This document shows, piece after piece, positions 12,341 to 25,300 of a stretch of DNA of 64,000 nt. Position 1 is the first letter of the stretch; every line of letters starts with the position of its first letter. The notes under the pieces are model-generated. The model did no database searches. It was not told the DNA's origin and worked only from the letters and a program-made list of their open reading frames with translations. The stretch comes from Trichoplax sp. H2 (Eukaryota): positions 124,001-188,000 of the forward strand of contig NOWV01000140.1 in the NCBI GenBank assembly GCA_003344405.1, in the 5' to 3' direction. Position numbers and translations under genes: made by a program.

Positions 12341-14305
12341 AGTTTGAAATAGTTTACGCTTGGTTTTATAATAATTTATAAAAATCTCTTCGAACAACAA
12401 CTGATCATGTAACCGGAAAAGGATAATAGCAAGAATACACTATTAGTGATAGTCTTTTGTCTACATTACTGACGAAAAAGGAATATGATTAGCATGATAT
12501 GATCACACTTGATTGTTGATGCATCGGCTACAATTTAAACTAAAATATTCAATGCAATCTATTAATTATGGCCTACGTTGGCTAATTAATCAAGATTGAT
12601 TCTTGAAAGTATTCTAGGAAGTATTGGAGTTACAACGGATTCACTCGTTGACAAGGTTAAACTTGCCATTATTTCATCCTTGACGTCAGGGTAGCAAATA
12701 TCCTACTGGATCTCTAGATATACCCTTTGAAAATATTCTTAATTTATCATTCTGTGCCTAAACTAAAGACAGATAGCCAAATCCTTATCATTATGAATTC
12801 CATACATAGAGATTCGATGTCAGCTAGTAGTGGGTTGGCCTAATTATTATAATCTATACTTTGTTACGTTTATTATTATTTTTCTATTTTTCTTCTCTAT
12901 TTTCATCGCTCTCTTACTACTGTTGATTAGCAAATCTTAACAGGAATATGCAAGAATTGGAAAGTTTAATTATAAATATAGTAATAAAAGATTTCAGATG
13001 GAGCACTTTGACATCAAGCATGTCCTTAATTTGCTGTCGACACGGTTATATTTGCTGCTTATAATTACGATAGAATCTATCCATAACCATTTCTATGATC
13101 ATTGCATATCATGCGCACTATCGAGAGTTTAGATTACTATTCATATATAGTATAGCTCGTATGGAATTATCGTCGTGATGATTATTTTTGAAACCGATGT
13201 GAAAGGCATACGTTCATATTTATTAATAATGTGCATACTAATAGCGATTTCTAAGAATTCAGCTGGACTATTTATAATGTTGAAGCAATTTGGAATGAAT
13301 AAATTGAAGAAGCAAGTAAATTCTCGCGTAAACCCACTCAACATGTAGATTGAATGTTATATGTGCTTATCAAAATTGTTGCTATTCATTGAATTATTAT
13401 TTAGTGACTATTCATTAATGTACAATGCATACACACTATCTTGAATCTTTACCAATTTAGAATGAACGGAAATTGAATTATTGTATCTTCTATAGACTTT
13501 GTTTATCCTACGTAGTATAGCAACAACTATAAAACGAAAAATTCCGAAGGAAATGATTATGTATTGCGCACAATAACTCTGTAGACGATTTTTTTAGCTT
13601 CATTACGACAAAATAGGCAACAATACTGTTAATGCTATTCAATTTTCAAGTGGAAAGTTAGCATTAATCATATCCATTATATTCACTTTGATAATTGATT
13701 AAAATTAAGATTATTCTGCTTAGTATTAGATTTGAAATTGGTCTTAAGGCTCTGTAGGCAATGTTGGCCTCGGTAATACTTTATGCTTGAAGTGGACACT
13801 ATTAAAGCTGTATAATTTAACGTACTCGTGTAAGACATCCTTCAAAAACTAACGTGAGATAGGCAATTTCTCATCATTATAGATTGTATGTGTAGAGGAG
13901 ATTCAATACCAACTGGTAGATATTTGGCTTGATTATTATATTCTCCATGATAGAAGAATGATCATCGTACTCTTATTATTATATTGTTTCTTTATATTTT
14001 CGTCATTAAACTTTCAACAGTAATATTCAAGAATTACATTAGATCAATTTTTACTATGGTAATACAACATTTTAGAAGAAATGCGTCACAACCATAATGT
14101 CATTCCATATTCTGCAGTAATACAATTATCATTCAGGATGGATAATTTGTGCATACTGTTTGCCGCGGGGAAACTATCAGATAATTATTTCCATGATAAT
14201 GATACAATAAGCGCTACCTAGAATTTACATTACTTCCATTTAATAAATTAATTGAGTAAATTTTTTAGCGTGAGATTATTAATCTTATCTTTTGACATTG
14301 CAAGC

Positions 14306-14708
14306 ATGGACAAATTTTCATGCATTTTGTTACTGGCAACATGCATGCTACCAGCCGTTTGCAAGAGTTCAACGTATATTACGAAAATGGCGCAGCAGGT
14401 CGGAAGGGATGAATTAGAATATCATAGAAATTTTTCATACTCTATTTATGCTTTCCATTACCTATATTTATTGGATAGTTATTTAGTAATTTTGCATGAC
14501 TCTCCAGTGCAGCTACACAATCTGGAGTATCATGGAAGCAACGGCAAACTGCATACACAACTTTTCTCGTATCTGCTACTCGTCTGACTACTCCGTGACT
14601 GATAGGAATCGTTTTACTAGGATAGTACATACGATAACCTACTATACTTGTACCATCCAGGTGTTATTCAAATCAATTCAAGTACACGAAGTTAATTTGA
14701 GTGAATAG
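14306..14708 (+). CDS. Small orphan secreted Cys-containing protein, at least two exons
   Basis: Exon 14306..14398 encodes MDKFSCILLLATCMLPAVCKSSTYITKMAQQ (signal-peptide-like). A phase-0 intron GT..TCTCCAG (14399..14507) leads to an in-frame exon from 14508 (CSYTIWSIMEATANCIHNFSRICYSSDYSVTDRNRFTRIVHTITYYTCTIQ), which either splices at 14660 or reads on to TAG at 14708. Confidence 0.6.
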
Positions 14709-15630
14709 ACTTTGGTTGATCTTTATTTACCCTACTGCTGCCCTATAAATCGATTTGAAATACTTCTTGAAGAAACGATATCATTCTGTTGATTACATGA
14801 TGGATGATAATTATTCAGTTTAGTGAGTTTCTGATGATAGTAGACTATGCGATAGAATATCGTTAATGCCAGGCAATCTTTAATGAAGAAGTTTACAATA
14901 AGAGTAATGATAGCTTAAAATTGATTCCTTATCCGATTCTACAGTCATAGACATTGGCCTGAGTCAGTTCTATCATGGAACAAATAATTACAGTGATATA
15001 TCCGGTCTGTATTTTTTTCTTTTAGCCATGACATCAGTTTTCGACAGTACTCTACACTGTACAGTAATAGTTCTAAATCACTTGACGGACGAGTTTAGGC
15101 GAGTTAGCGGTTTCCTATCGTATCGTGCTGTACTCAATTGTCGTTCTTACTCTTTAACTTTTAAACAGAAAGTTAAAGCTAATAGTCATGATTTCTTGGT
15201 TGTAGTTTATTATGCATGTTGATTTCCCTATATTAACCTATCATTAAAGCTAATAGTAATGATGTCGCAACCAAGATTGCAACACCCAAATTGACGGGAT
15301 TCTTTCCTCTACAGTTGTCTTAACGATCTCAGCAACTGACTGTAAACACTCTTTAATCTACCAAAGCCACATTGGAGTCTTAGACGATAGAATACTCACG
15401 CTAAGAATCCAAACTTTATTGTAAAAGCGATAGATTAAAATGATCGATTGAAGTCACAACAGACTATCTACTGCTCATCACTAAGAACCATCTGTTATCC
15501 ACTAACTGATCCACTCGCACCATTTAGAACTTGGAGGCTTTTATATAATCTCACCACCTTCGTTGGTGTAAAAGAAGAATAAATTGATAGCCAAGTCTAC
15601 ATGCTGAATCTAGCAAGTCTAGTCTCCCAG

Positions 15631-15708
15631 CCTCTCTATTTTTCTCTCTCTCTCTAATTCCGGGATTCTAAAGTAAAAGAGAGAGAGAGAGAGACAGAGA
15701 GAGATAGA
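15631..15708. repeat. Inverted (CT)n / (GA)n microsatellite pair
   Basis: CCTCTCTATTTTTCTCTCTCTCTCT followed after a short spacer by AGAGAGAGAGAGAGAGACAGAGAGAG; the two tracts are complementary. Confidence 0.85.
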
Positions 15709-15864
15709 TGGTAGAAAAAGGGTTAGGGCTCGACTTTAACCTTAGTCGTCCATGACAACGAGAAGGACTGCGGAGGGACAGAAACGGACTTTTCATTGAC
15801 GAAATCAATATTGCCGACCATCGTAGATTGTTGGTCAATGTCCCACTCTCTTCAGTCATCTCTG

Positions 15865-16186
15865 ATACAGTATACTAATGGCCCAAATCGGACTGCTAAG
15901 CTACAGACGTACAGACGTTTAGACCATCCTACAGTATATATATGACATACAGTACAGTACGGTACACTGTTGGGTACAGTACAGTACACTATTACTATTT
16001 AGAGTTCATACTAACAACAGTATTACCTACTACAGTACTGTACTGTAACTGCTAGAGCTAGTAGACTGTCTCATGCCAATGATCGTGGCGGTAATATTCC
16101 ATACCAATACTGTGGATCAAGTGGTATAGCCAAGGCGATTGAGCTCAGCACTTGGATAGCAGCGTGGAGTGGACGCCATCTTGAAG
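15865..16186. promoter_or_regulatory. MRPL22 promoter region with TACAGTA/TACTGTA cluster and YY1-type motif
   Basis: Dense ACAGTAC/GTACTGT copies at ~15925-16050. CGCCATCTTG (YY1 consensus CGCCATnTT) lies at 16174-16183, just before the ATG at 16187. GC content is locally raised. Confidence 0.55.
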
Positions 16187-18316
16187 ATGCTGGCGTTGAA
16201 ATGGAGAGTTTGCAACCCTTTAGGTTGGCTGGTGAAATAGTTCAATGGCGATGCAGATGCTTATTGTTGTTGTTATAGGATAGCTGTATTTTATCAGGTG
16301 TAGAAATTGTCTTACTGTGTGTTTTGCTCACTACTAGGTCTGGTTCGGTTAGGTTGGCACCACCTTGCCAACAACCAAAATGGCTTGCCAACCACTGCCA
16401 TCCCGGCGACTTGCAGCTCAATAGAGAGAATCAACAATCGCCATCTCCATACTACATCATCTTGTTGTGGTAAACATTATTTAAAAAAGCCTATCGAAAG
16501 TTATCATGAATCACTGGTCAAATATAAAGTTCAATTTGTACCAACCATTGACAATCGGTTATTGCAAGCCAAATTAGCTGGAGCATTACAACATGATTAC
16601 CTGATCAAACATAAGGCACAACCCAAAGTTGTAAGTAGGATAACTGACATCTTGTTATGGCTTCTTTTCTACCTTGATAGCCATCAACCGTCAATAAGTC
16701 CATTCTCTATATGATGTAGTGGTCGTATTGCAAGTTGTAAACAACTAATATACAAATGGTCAAGAAGGATTCGTTTTAGCAAAGTCAATTTCCAACATTG
16801 ACCGTCAATGCCATTGCAGCACAATACCTTCGTCATATTCTAGTTGCTTATCAACAACGATCAACTCATTTTTCTATTAAAACACTTTACATGATCCAAT
16901 TGACTGTTTTAAACCATGACGTATGGACGTCAGACGATTACGAATTGGAGGAAATAAACGATAATGTACCTCGATCTAATTTAGATTCAAATATTCCAGT
17001 ACAGCACATTGCATGTCTATCAAAAATGGAATTAGACCTTAAACCTACGGGAAAGTCAGTAGAGTAGGTACAGTAGTTTAGTTCGAGATGAAACAAGGAA
17101 GTTTCAGGAAATGAGGTTGTAGTACCTTCATTTTAGCGTTACGATGCTTCATCGGACGCATTCTAGTTAGTAATCATGCTGTCGCTAGCTTTAAAAATGC
17201 AATGGTTGCCCATAACAGCAGTACTACTACACCCATAAAGTCATCATGGGCTCTCTATTTTCTTGCTCGCACATCTGGATTGTAGTACTATATACTGTAA
17301 TCGTAAATATCCAATTAAAATTGACCACCTGTATCAATAATCAAAACCTATTCTATTCACTATAACCAATGAAATATATTCTTTTACAGGTGATACATGC
17401 CAGTAAACACAATATTAGAGGTAGTCCTAGGAAATTGAACTTATTAGCTAGATTGGTAAGTTGTCCAGCTATTTTTAGCCTTTAGACTACACAATGATAG
17501 TGCTGTATTTGCAGCCAATTTAACGAAAAAATCAACGATTTCGGTAATCGATTCTATTGCATACATACTTAATTATTACAGATACGGCGAATGCGCGTTG
17601 ACGATGCAATTGCTCAAATGCAATTTTCACCTAAAAGATTAGCCAAACCAATTTTACGGGTAAGCCATCATATAGAACTACTTGCTGATGCATATGTTAA
17701 GGACATGCGTGATAATTACGCTCGTACAATTACTTCATATGCCAAATCAAAAATAAAATAGCTTGCCCTCCCTAGCATTTTAAACTTTCATCACCACTAA
17801 TTTCGATAGGTTATATTGCAAGCTAAAGAAGAAGCTGCTAAAGAACACAACCTCACTGATCCCAATCAACTATTTGTAGGTAAGGAGCAGCAAGTTGATC
17901 GATTTTATTCCATTTTAATACCGCATTTATAACATAGATGGTCGTTTCTAAATATTAAGCGACAGATTAAACTAATTTCTTTTATCATATTCTTCAGTTA
18001 AGAATAGCGTTGTACTTGTAGAGTAGAAACTGCCATTGTCTGTCCCTAGTAAATACATTCGATAAAATCGATAACCACTCTCTTCATGATTTTTATAGAA
18101 GAATCAACCGTTGGCCGAGGCCTAATTTTAAAAGGCGTCCGATATCATGGGAAAGGTAGAGCGGGCGTCCAGCGGACATACTATTGTCATTACTTTTTGA
18201 AATTAAAAGAAGGCCAACCCCCTAAAGATCCTACAATACCAATAGAACATCGCAGAGGTCATACAAAATGGATGGTAACGAATATGCCTCCTCCGAAAAT
18301 TGTCAGCGGACTTTGA
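16187..18316 (+). CDS. MRPL22: Mitochondrial ribosomal protein L22 (uL22m), 6 exons, 253 aa
   Basis: Exons 16187-16223, 16338-16630, 17390-17455, 17582-17659, 17810-17879 and 18099-18316 sum to 762 nt with consistent phases. L22 motifs: NIRGSPRKLNLLARLIRRMRVDDAIAQMQFSPKRLAK and ESTVGRGLILKGVRYHGKGRAG...YCHYFLKLKEG. The N-terminus is basic and presequence-like. Confidence 0.95.
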
Positions 18317-19351
18317 CTTGTTACTAGTCCATAACCAAAGATACCCAAACGTCATCCTTGTTATCGCCGCTGCTAAACAATCATAACTAATCACTAATTT
18401 CAGAAACATTTTTATTTTATAAAATGCTATATTTAAATCGTGACAAATAAACCTGAAATTTTCAAAATTTTTCATACTAGACTAGGAATACATTATGCAA
18501 AAATTTGCTCTTTTAGAATATCCAAAGTTATCGGCACCTTCGTAACATGTAAAATTTTAAAATGGATCTAATATAAATATATATACAAACCGTGTTATTT
18601 ACAGACTTGTAGCAAGTGTAAAGGTATAAAAACTTATGCCTGGCCAACATATCCACAGTAGTATATTACAAATAATAAAGGTCCATGTACATTACAATAT
18701 CTGTTACATTTCATTTATAAATACTGTGTCATTAAACGTATTAATTAAATAGGCGTATGTAAATGAGATACCAGTAATACAGGTGCATAAAAACTAAATT
18801 TAACATTTTCAAAATAAGAAAATGATTTACCATTAGTACCAGTATAGAGAACTAAAACATAAAAGGAATAAATTCGTAAGTCGGAAAATCAAACTATTAG
18901 CTATAACAACCTTTGGTTGCAGGATAATTTGCGTCACAAAAAAGACTATTTGACAATTTTTCGTTTATGAGTACAACTTTAAACATAAATTTCTCAATAT
19001 TACATTTACTATTTTAGTGCAGATCTGAATCCCCGATAAATCCCTATTTACTAATGATAATAGAGCACAAACGCTTCCTTACATCTACTAACATAATCCT
19101 TAATATCATAGAAATATGCTCTCTTAAATGTAACTGAAATCTAATTACACTAGTTACATTGGCATGATCAAAATAAGCCATTCATTACGTAAGGTAGATT
19201 ACAAATCTATTAAGCAAGAAATTTCAATTCCATTTTTATCTCAACTTATCTACGGATGTAATCCACCGATTCTAAATGAAACAGTTCTGCTATTGCTAAA
19301 AATTATTTTCGAACTCAATCTCCGGATAAAACAAATCCTAAGTTAGTAAGC

Positions 19352-22300
19352 TCATTTGCTTTGGCTATTCTTGTTATTATTATCTTTAATAATTTCATAG
19401 AGAACGAGTGCAACAAATACATCCATTGGATCCAGTAAACCACGTTGCAAGTATTTCGGTATTGTGCTATGGGCATTTTCAAATCCTAACTTATTTAAAA
19501 CCCAATCGATGCCGACAGGGTCAGTTCTTTCTCCTGCCCATGACAGAAATTGAATCTTCGGGTCTAGATACCAGTGACTGCAAGTAAATCGACGCATTTG
19601 CAGCATTTTTAATGTGTTCTCTGCTCGCTCAAATTTTCTCTCAAAATTTCGATGGGAAACAAATCGCGGCTTATCAGCTTCTAATTGCATATACATATTA
19701 CAGCAATCAGTGAAACATGAAATACAGCGCTACAATAAAAATGCAATAAATTGTACTGCATAAATTAGCGTTGAATTTGTATACCTTGATCATCTTCTCC
19801 CTTGATATAATTATTAATCATTTGATGCAGAAAGATAAAATGATTAACGTCTTGTGAAAGCCAAATACTATTCTCAAACGTGATATTACATGAGGTATCA
19901 ATCGTCATTTCTCGGTCATTTTCTAAACAAAAAAATTAATACGATGAAGTTACATATCCATTATAATTAATCATCAAATACTCTTTGTACTAGTATCAAA
20001 TAAAATCGCTAATATAATAAAATCATCTTGCATACCCCCATCCAGATCTCGCAATGTCAGTGCTGGAATGGTATGATTTGTTTCTAATGTAAGTTTAGTT
20101 TCCGGAAACGAAAAGACAGTTTCTACATCCAATTCATAGCGTTCATCTGGCATTAGATATATCCCTCGTAATCTTGATGGTCGCATTTTACTACTCATAG
20201 TCCCAAATTTTCGCTCTCCAAATCCGCCCATTTGAGGACTGTAGTGCCTTCTCGTAGCACTATCAGCAATTGGTGTTACACAGGCGTATACTAACCAATC
20301 TTGTACATTCCCGTGATTCGGTGGACGTTGCTTAAATCGAGTGATGCGACAAACTTTGGCCGTCTGTGATACGCCAGCCAAAGAAGGCAGAAAAGGTAGG
20401 CGATGCATTTTACTATCATCACGTGTAACCTTACTGTTGCCTATATTTACATCTAAACTATGCTTTACACGAGCAATTACTTCTTTATCACGTGAAAAGG
20501 AAATTGAAGTTACAAAACTTGCTGCAGGTCGTTGCAAATAGAAAAGACTCCACACTTTCTCCGTAAAATTAAGGCCATCAAAGCATGCTAAAGATATTAA
20601 ACTTCCATATAAGGAAAAATTTCCTTCAAGATTAACTTTAGCAAGATCCAAGGGAGGAAGGCCAGATTTAAATATAATCTTATTTAACAATCTCAACGGT
20701 CGAATCCAGTGATGAACAGAGTTTTCCAATGATTGTTCACGATTGCTTGAATATATCGAACTACCGCGCATACGTGATTGACGTCGTCCTCCTAATGCTC
20801 GCTTGCTACTCCGTTGCTGTTTTCTAAAGCATTCTTCAAGTTTAAAGATAATCTTAATGAGATTTGTTGGGCTCGATTGCGAGATCGCTGCATATAATTC
20901 ACACCATTGCACATTGCCATGAAGGGTAATTGATGGGGATTCACTGAATTTAATACCCATAGAGCCGATTGAACTAAGTTCTGGATCTTGCGTGGTAACG
21001 ATGTTCCATTTATCATATAGGCTAGCCTTAAGATTAGTTAAGTGCGCCATAATGGTAGGAGTACTCATATAATCTAATCTCGCATCTAATAATAGCAAAC
21101 TTAGGGAAATCGCATTTTGCGGCTGCCAATCATAATTGTCACGAAATTGCCCTATTCGTTAAAAAGTTGAATATCGATCATTATACTGTGAATACAATGA
21201 ATCTAATTTGAAAATTTGAAATTATCGCTACGTAATTGAGAATAGTGAATTTTTTGTTTAAACCCTTACCAGATACCGAGAATTCCTGTAATTCTATCAA
21301 ACCGCCAACGGTACCACTTCGAGAATCTATAGAGCTCCTACCGATTGCAATCTGTGCGTCCAGATTATTGTAACCAGAGTGTCCAACATACAGACACGTA
21401 CGACATTTAACTTCATTTGTACTCCAACTAAACACAAATTGGAAAATTTCAGTATAATACTTAATATAATATCTTGCCGGTTAACTTACTTTGTAGGTCC
21501 CATAATGCTGCCCATATTTGCGGTTACGACCAACTGCTGTAAATTACAAGCTAATACAAACATTGAGTCATAATCGGTTATACTTTCTGATTTCTGCCTT
21601 TCAATAGCTGGAACTGTTAACTTAAATTCATTACTATGTTGCCTTTCGAACATTGCTTCCTTGCCATCTTGAAAGAAGCAAAGCACAACAATAATCAAAC
21701 TGCGTTGAATCACCCATTAAATTATCGACAAAATACTAACCAGCCCAATTACTCTGAGGAGTTTCACTGGATCGTGTCTGCGTGTTGCTGCTGTCACCGA
21801 CATTACCCAAAAACAGTCGTCTGGCAATAGAATTTCGATACCAAGCTTTGGGAACATCAAGAATTTCAGATAATCCTCTCATATCGTAGTTGAATTCAGC
21901 GCTTTTAATATCGAATAATCCTTGAATACAAAAGAGAAATTATGATGCATATAATAGTTAGTACTTTATTACATACAAAAAAACTGCAATAATAATTAAT
22001 TACCTGCGGTGTGATATTTAACACGAAATTTGTTAGCAGATGGATCCGAAGCTCGACCAAGGTCAGTAATATCAAATTTACTACTGGACCGTTCGTTTTG
22101 AGATATTATAATCCGCTTTCTGGTAATGCTAACTTTTGCCGATTCTACATGCAAACTTAGAGAATCTCTGCCATCAGCATTGCTACGCGACGATGCAAAA
22201 CTATTATTCCTAGCACGTCCTCCTGGTTGATGCTGACGACCATATGGATGAAATATAGAAAATGAAAAGCGTTCAAGATATCCCGTAAAAGATACTGTTG

Positions 22301-25300
22301 AGCAAGTTCCATGAGGAATATTTTCGGACAGCGATGCTACAATAATAGACATTTAATCGTAATTCATAAAATTTATTTGTAACACTTGGCACCCTAATAT
22401 AGGCGATTATTACTAAAAATACTCTTAATTTCTAACCTGATGAATTTCCAGATGATACAGCGCAGCTTTCCAAGCCAATATAAGGAGCCATGCTGACTTT
22501 CTTCTCTGAATGACTGGTAAACATCAAATCTAACGATGGCAGTTGTAATAAGCACTCTACTCTCGACACAGGCATGCAACTTAAACGAATATCGAGGGGT
22601 TCGACGCGAACATATACAAATGCATTAACCGGAAAAGAGGTTATATTAGATAAACTCGTTCTGTTTGCTGTCAGGACAGAATTTTCATCTTCTTCACTCG
22701 AAATACTTTCACGTGAGTGTATATCTTGATTGTAAAATATATCAACTGAACTACGCCGAGATAATATTTCTTCAGCTGGAGTTAAATCTCCAAGTGCTCC
22801 TTCAAGAAAGTCAACCAAACTAGGTGTTAAGATGATTTCATCAGCTAAAGAATGAAGGTAGAGCCATAAATGTAAAGTAGCAACAGTTTTCAACTTTGCA
22901 GCTGAAGTTCCAAAAGACTCAGAGCCAGTATCCGCGGATAAACTACTTGGCTAAAAATATGAATTCAGTTTATTTCATATTATTTCGAGAGAATTGGTAC
23001 ATTATTTAGGTAGTAATCATGGGGAAAAATAAGTTAAATCAATTACCAGCCGATAACGATTGTATAACTATTGTCATTTCGTAGCATTCTCGTATTACCT
23101 GATACTGCTTATTAGAATCATCTTCATCCTTTTGATTAAGCGTAGTATAGCGTAATTTTATATCGATGTCTGGCATCATTAATATTGTGCTTTCAAGTTG
23201 AGCGGACGAAACAGATCCAATAGCCTTCCTAGACCTCCATTTACTCGACTTTAGATGATCTCTTGTATGCGATCTTTTACGTATCATTCTAGTAATGACA
23301 TTAAAGTTGTAAAGTTAAGCGTATTTTTTCATTAAATGAAATTCGTAAATTATTGATCTAATTTTTCCGTACTCATCTGCTTGTTTCATAGACTGACTAT
23401 ATAGGGTACATTTTCCTGTATCGGTCTGAAGTACAACATCGAGTTCAAAGTCAAATTTCATATCAGTGGATGATTTGGATTGAGTAAAAGATCCGGCTAC
23501 GGATGGAGCTTGGTCGCCTTCGTCATAGCTTAAGTAACATGCCTAAATAATTAAATGAAGGCTGTATGTTAATAACTTCTTACTAAATTAAGTATGAACA
23601 CTTGCTGGATATTAGTATTGCTACCGGATCTTCCTTTATTGACACTTTTTTCTTCTTATTTTGAGAATCTGTAGTATCCGGCTGTATTTCAATAACAGTA
23701 TCGTTGCCAGATGCTCCAGTTACTACATGACCCGTAAAGTCTTCGTTGCGATTCGTTTCCAACATTTGAGATAACGGTTTACCACTTTCACGTTCAATGT
23801 CACCATCATAGCCAGACGCTAGCAAACTCATATGTTTAGTTCGCCGGTAGTTAAATATTTTTTTGCCAACTAAATTATTGCATTGTATATACAAGATTAG
23901 GTCACGAAACTCTGAAACAGAAGTTCAAAGATACTGTGGAATTATCATATCTGTATTACCTGAAAGCCTTCTTCGGTGCTTCTGTATCTTGGCCGTATCA
24001 CCTCCTGTTTGAAGTTCGAGAGTTGACATTCGATTTCTTCTTTTTTTTTCAAAATCTTTCCTTAAATGTGAATGCCGAAAATCTTCGTCAATTATAGATT
24101 GATTAGCTTCAGTATCCCTAAATAGGAGATAATATTATAGTAAGATTAATTCATTATGCTTTGCTCAGCTGCGAACATAAATAAGCAATTTACTATATAG
24201 TATGTCTCGGTCAACAGTAATTATTATTTAAATCGTCAATACAAATAGTAACCTCAATTTATTGATCTTCGAAATTTCTGATCGTTTTCTGTGATCGCCA
24301 TAACTTTGCTTAATTTTGATTCTATCCGGAAACTTTTCTGCGTCAGCGATTCTGTAGTCAAAATTCTCTTCACTGCTAGTGGAATTATTAATATTTCTTT
24401 GTCGTCTACTATAAGGTACCAAATGCAAAAGTACATTAGTAACAAGATTTCTAACTTATAACAGCTTAGGGGATGCCTTCTATAAGGTGAAATAGTTGAA
24501 ATTATCGTCATATAAAATATATTATGCGTACCGCTCATGTGATATACCCATAATATATTGATCCATAACATCATAGTCTTCGTATCGGTCATCAAACGTT
24601 TCGAATGAGTCTACAAATTCATCGCTCTCATCAGTGATTGAACCAATGTCTGAAGTTTCATCTGCTTCGTTCATTAATGTTAAAGCATCTCCAAGAAGTG
24701 ATAAGTAGCGGCCAATATCTTGGTCAAAGCTCATGTTGATACCAAAGATCCTCCAACAAAATACAACAGACCATTTACCAGCACTTTGATGAGATTCCCC
24801 TTAATAATAATTTTTGCAATCAGATACGACTCTTTCGGTTCCAATGTAAAAAGAACGTAATTTTACCTGATTTATATCGTTCCGACTTTGAACAGCACTC
24901 ATAAGTTCCATCAGGAACAATACCTAGAAGAATGTAATGAAAATCGGAAAATCAGCTTGGTAATACTGCAAGATATATTTACTTACTATTAACGTACATG
25001 AATTCATAATACAATCTTGATTCAGATTAGGAGCCCAAAATTTGGAATCTGTTCCCATACTATCAGTAAAGCGAATGCATAATGCTTTAAAATGTCCTCG
25101 AACAGCCAAAGATGTACTATTACATGCTGTAATCAGCATGCTATCAACAGTACATAATAACGCTGGATTGGATTCTACGTAATAGAATAAGTAATCAAGC
25201 TAGATAAGTATTTGCCACTATTTTGTAAAAAGTAAACCATCTATTTTTGCTGGTATTACCGTAATCGCGACTTCGCAAAAATGGGTCAGCAGGCTATTAT

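Larger units (their letters stand above)
2120..13950. repeat. Ancient diverged tandem/segmental duplication array
   Basis: Recurring blocks: GGAGAAAAGA(T)AATA... at ~2436, 3768, 8975, 12415; GAACT(A/G)TAAATTT...ATATC...CCTACA at ~2128, 3449, 8402, 8670, 11397, 12166; TCATGGGA...CGATTTT...TTATGATA at ~5620, 10052 (weaker at 13540); and a block at ~2720, 9260, 12680. Confidence 0.75.

Noticed and set aside
16798-17067. Nested gene or snoRNA in MRPL22 intron 2
   Set aside because: The ORF starts at TTG, has no recognisable motif, and no convincing C/D or H/ACA box pair was found.
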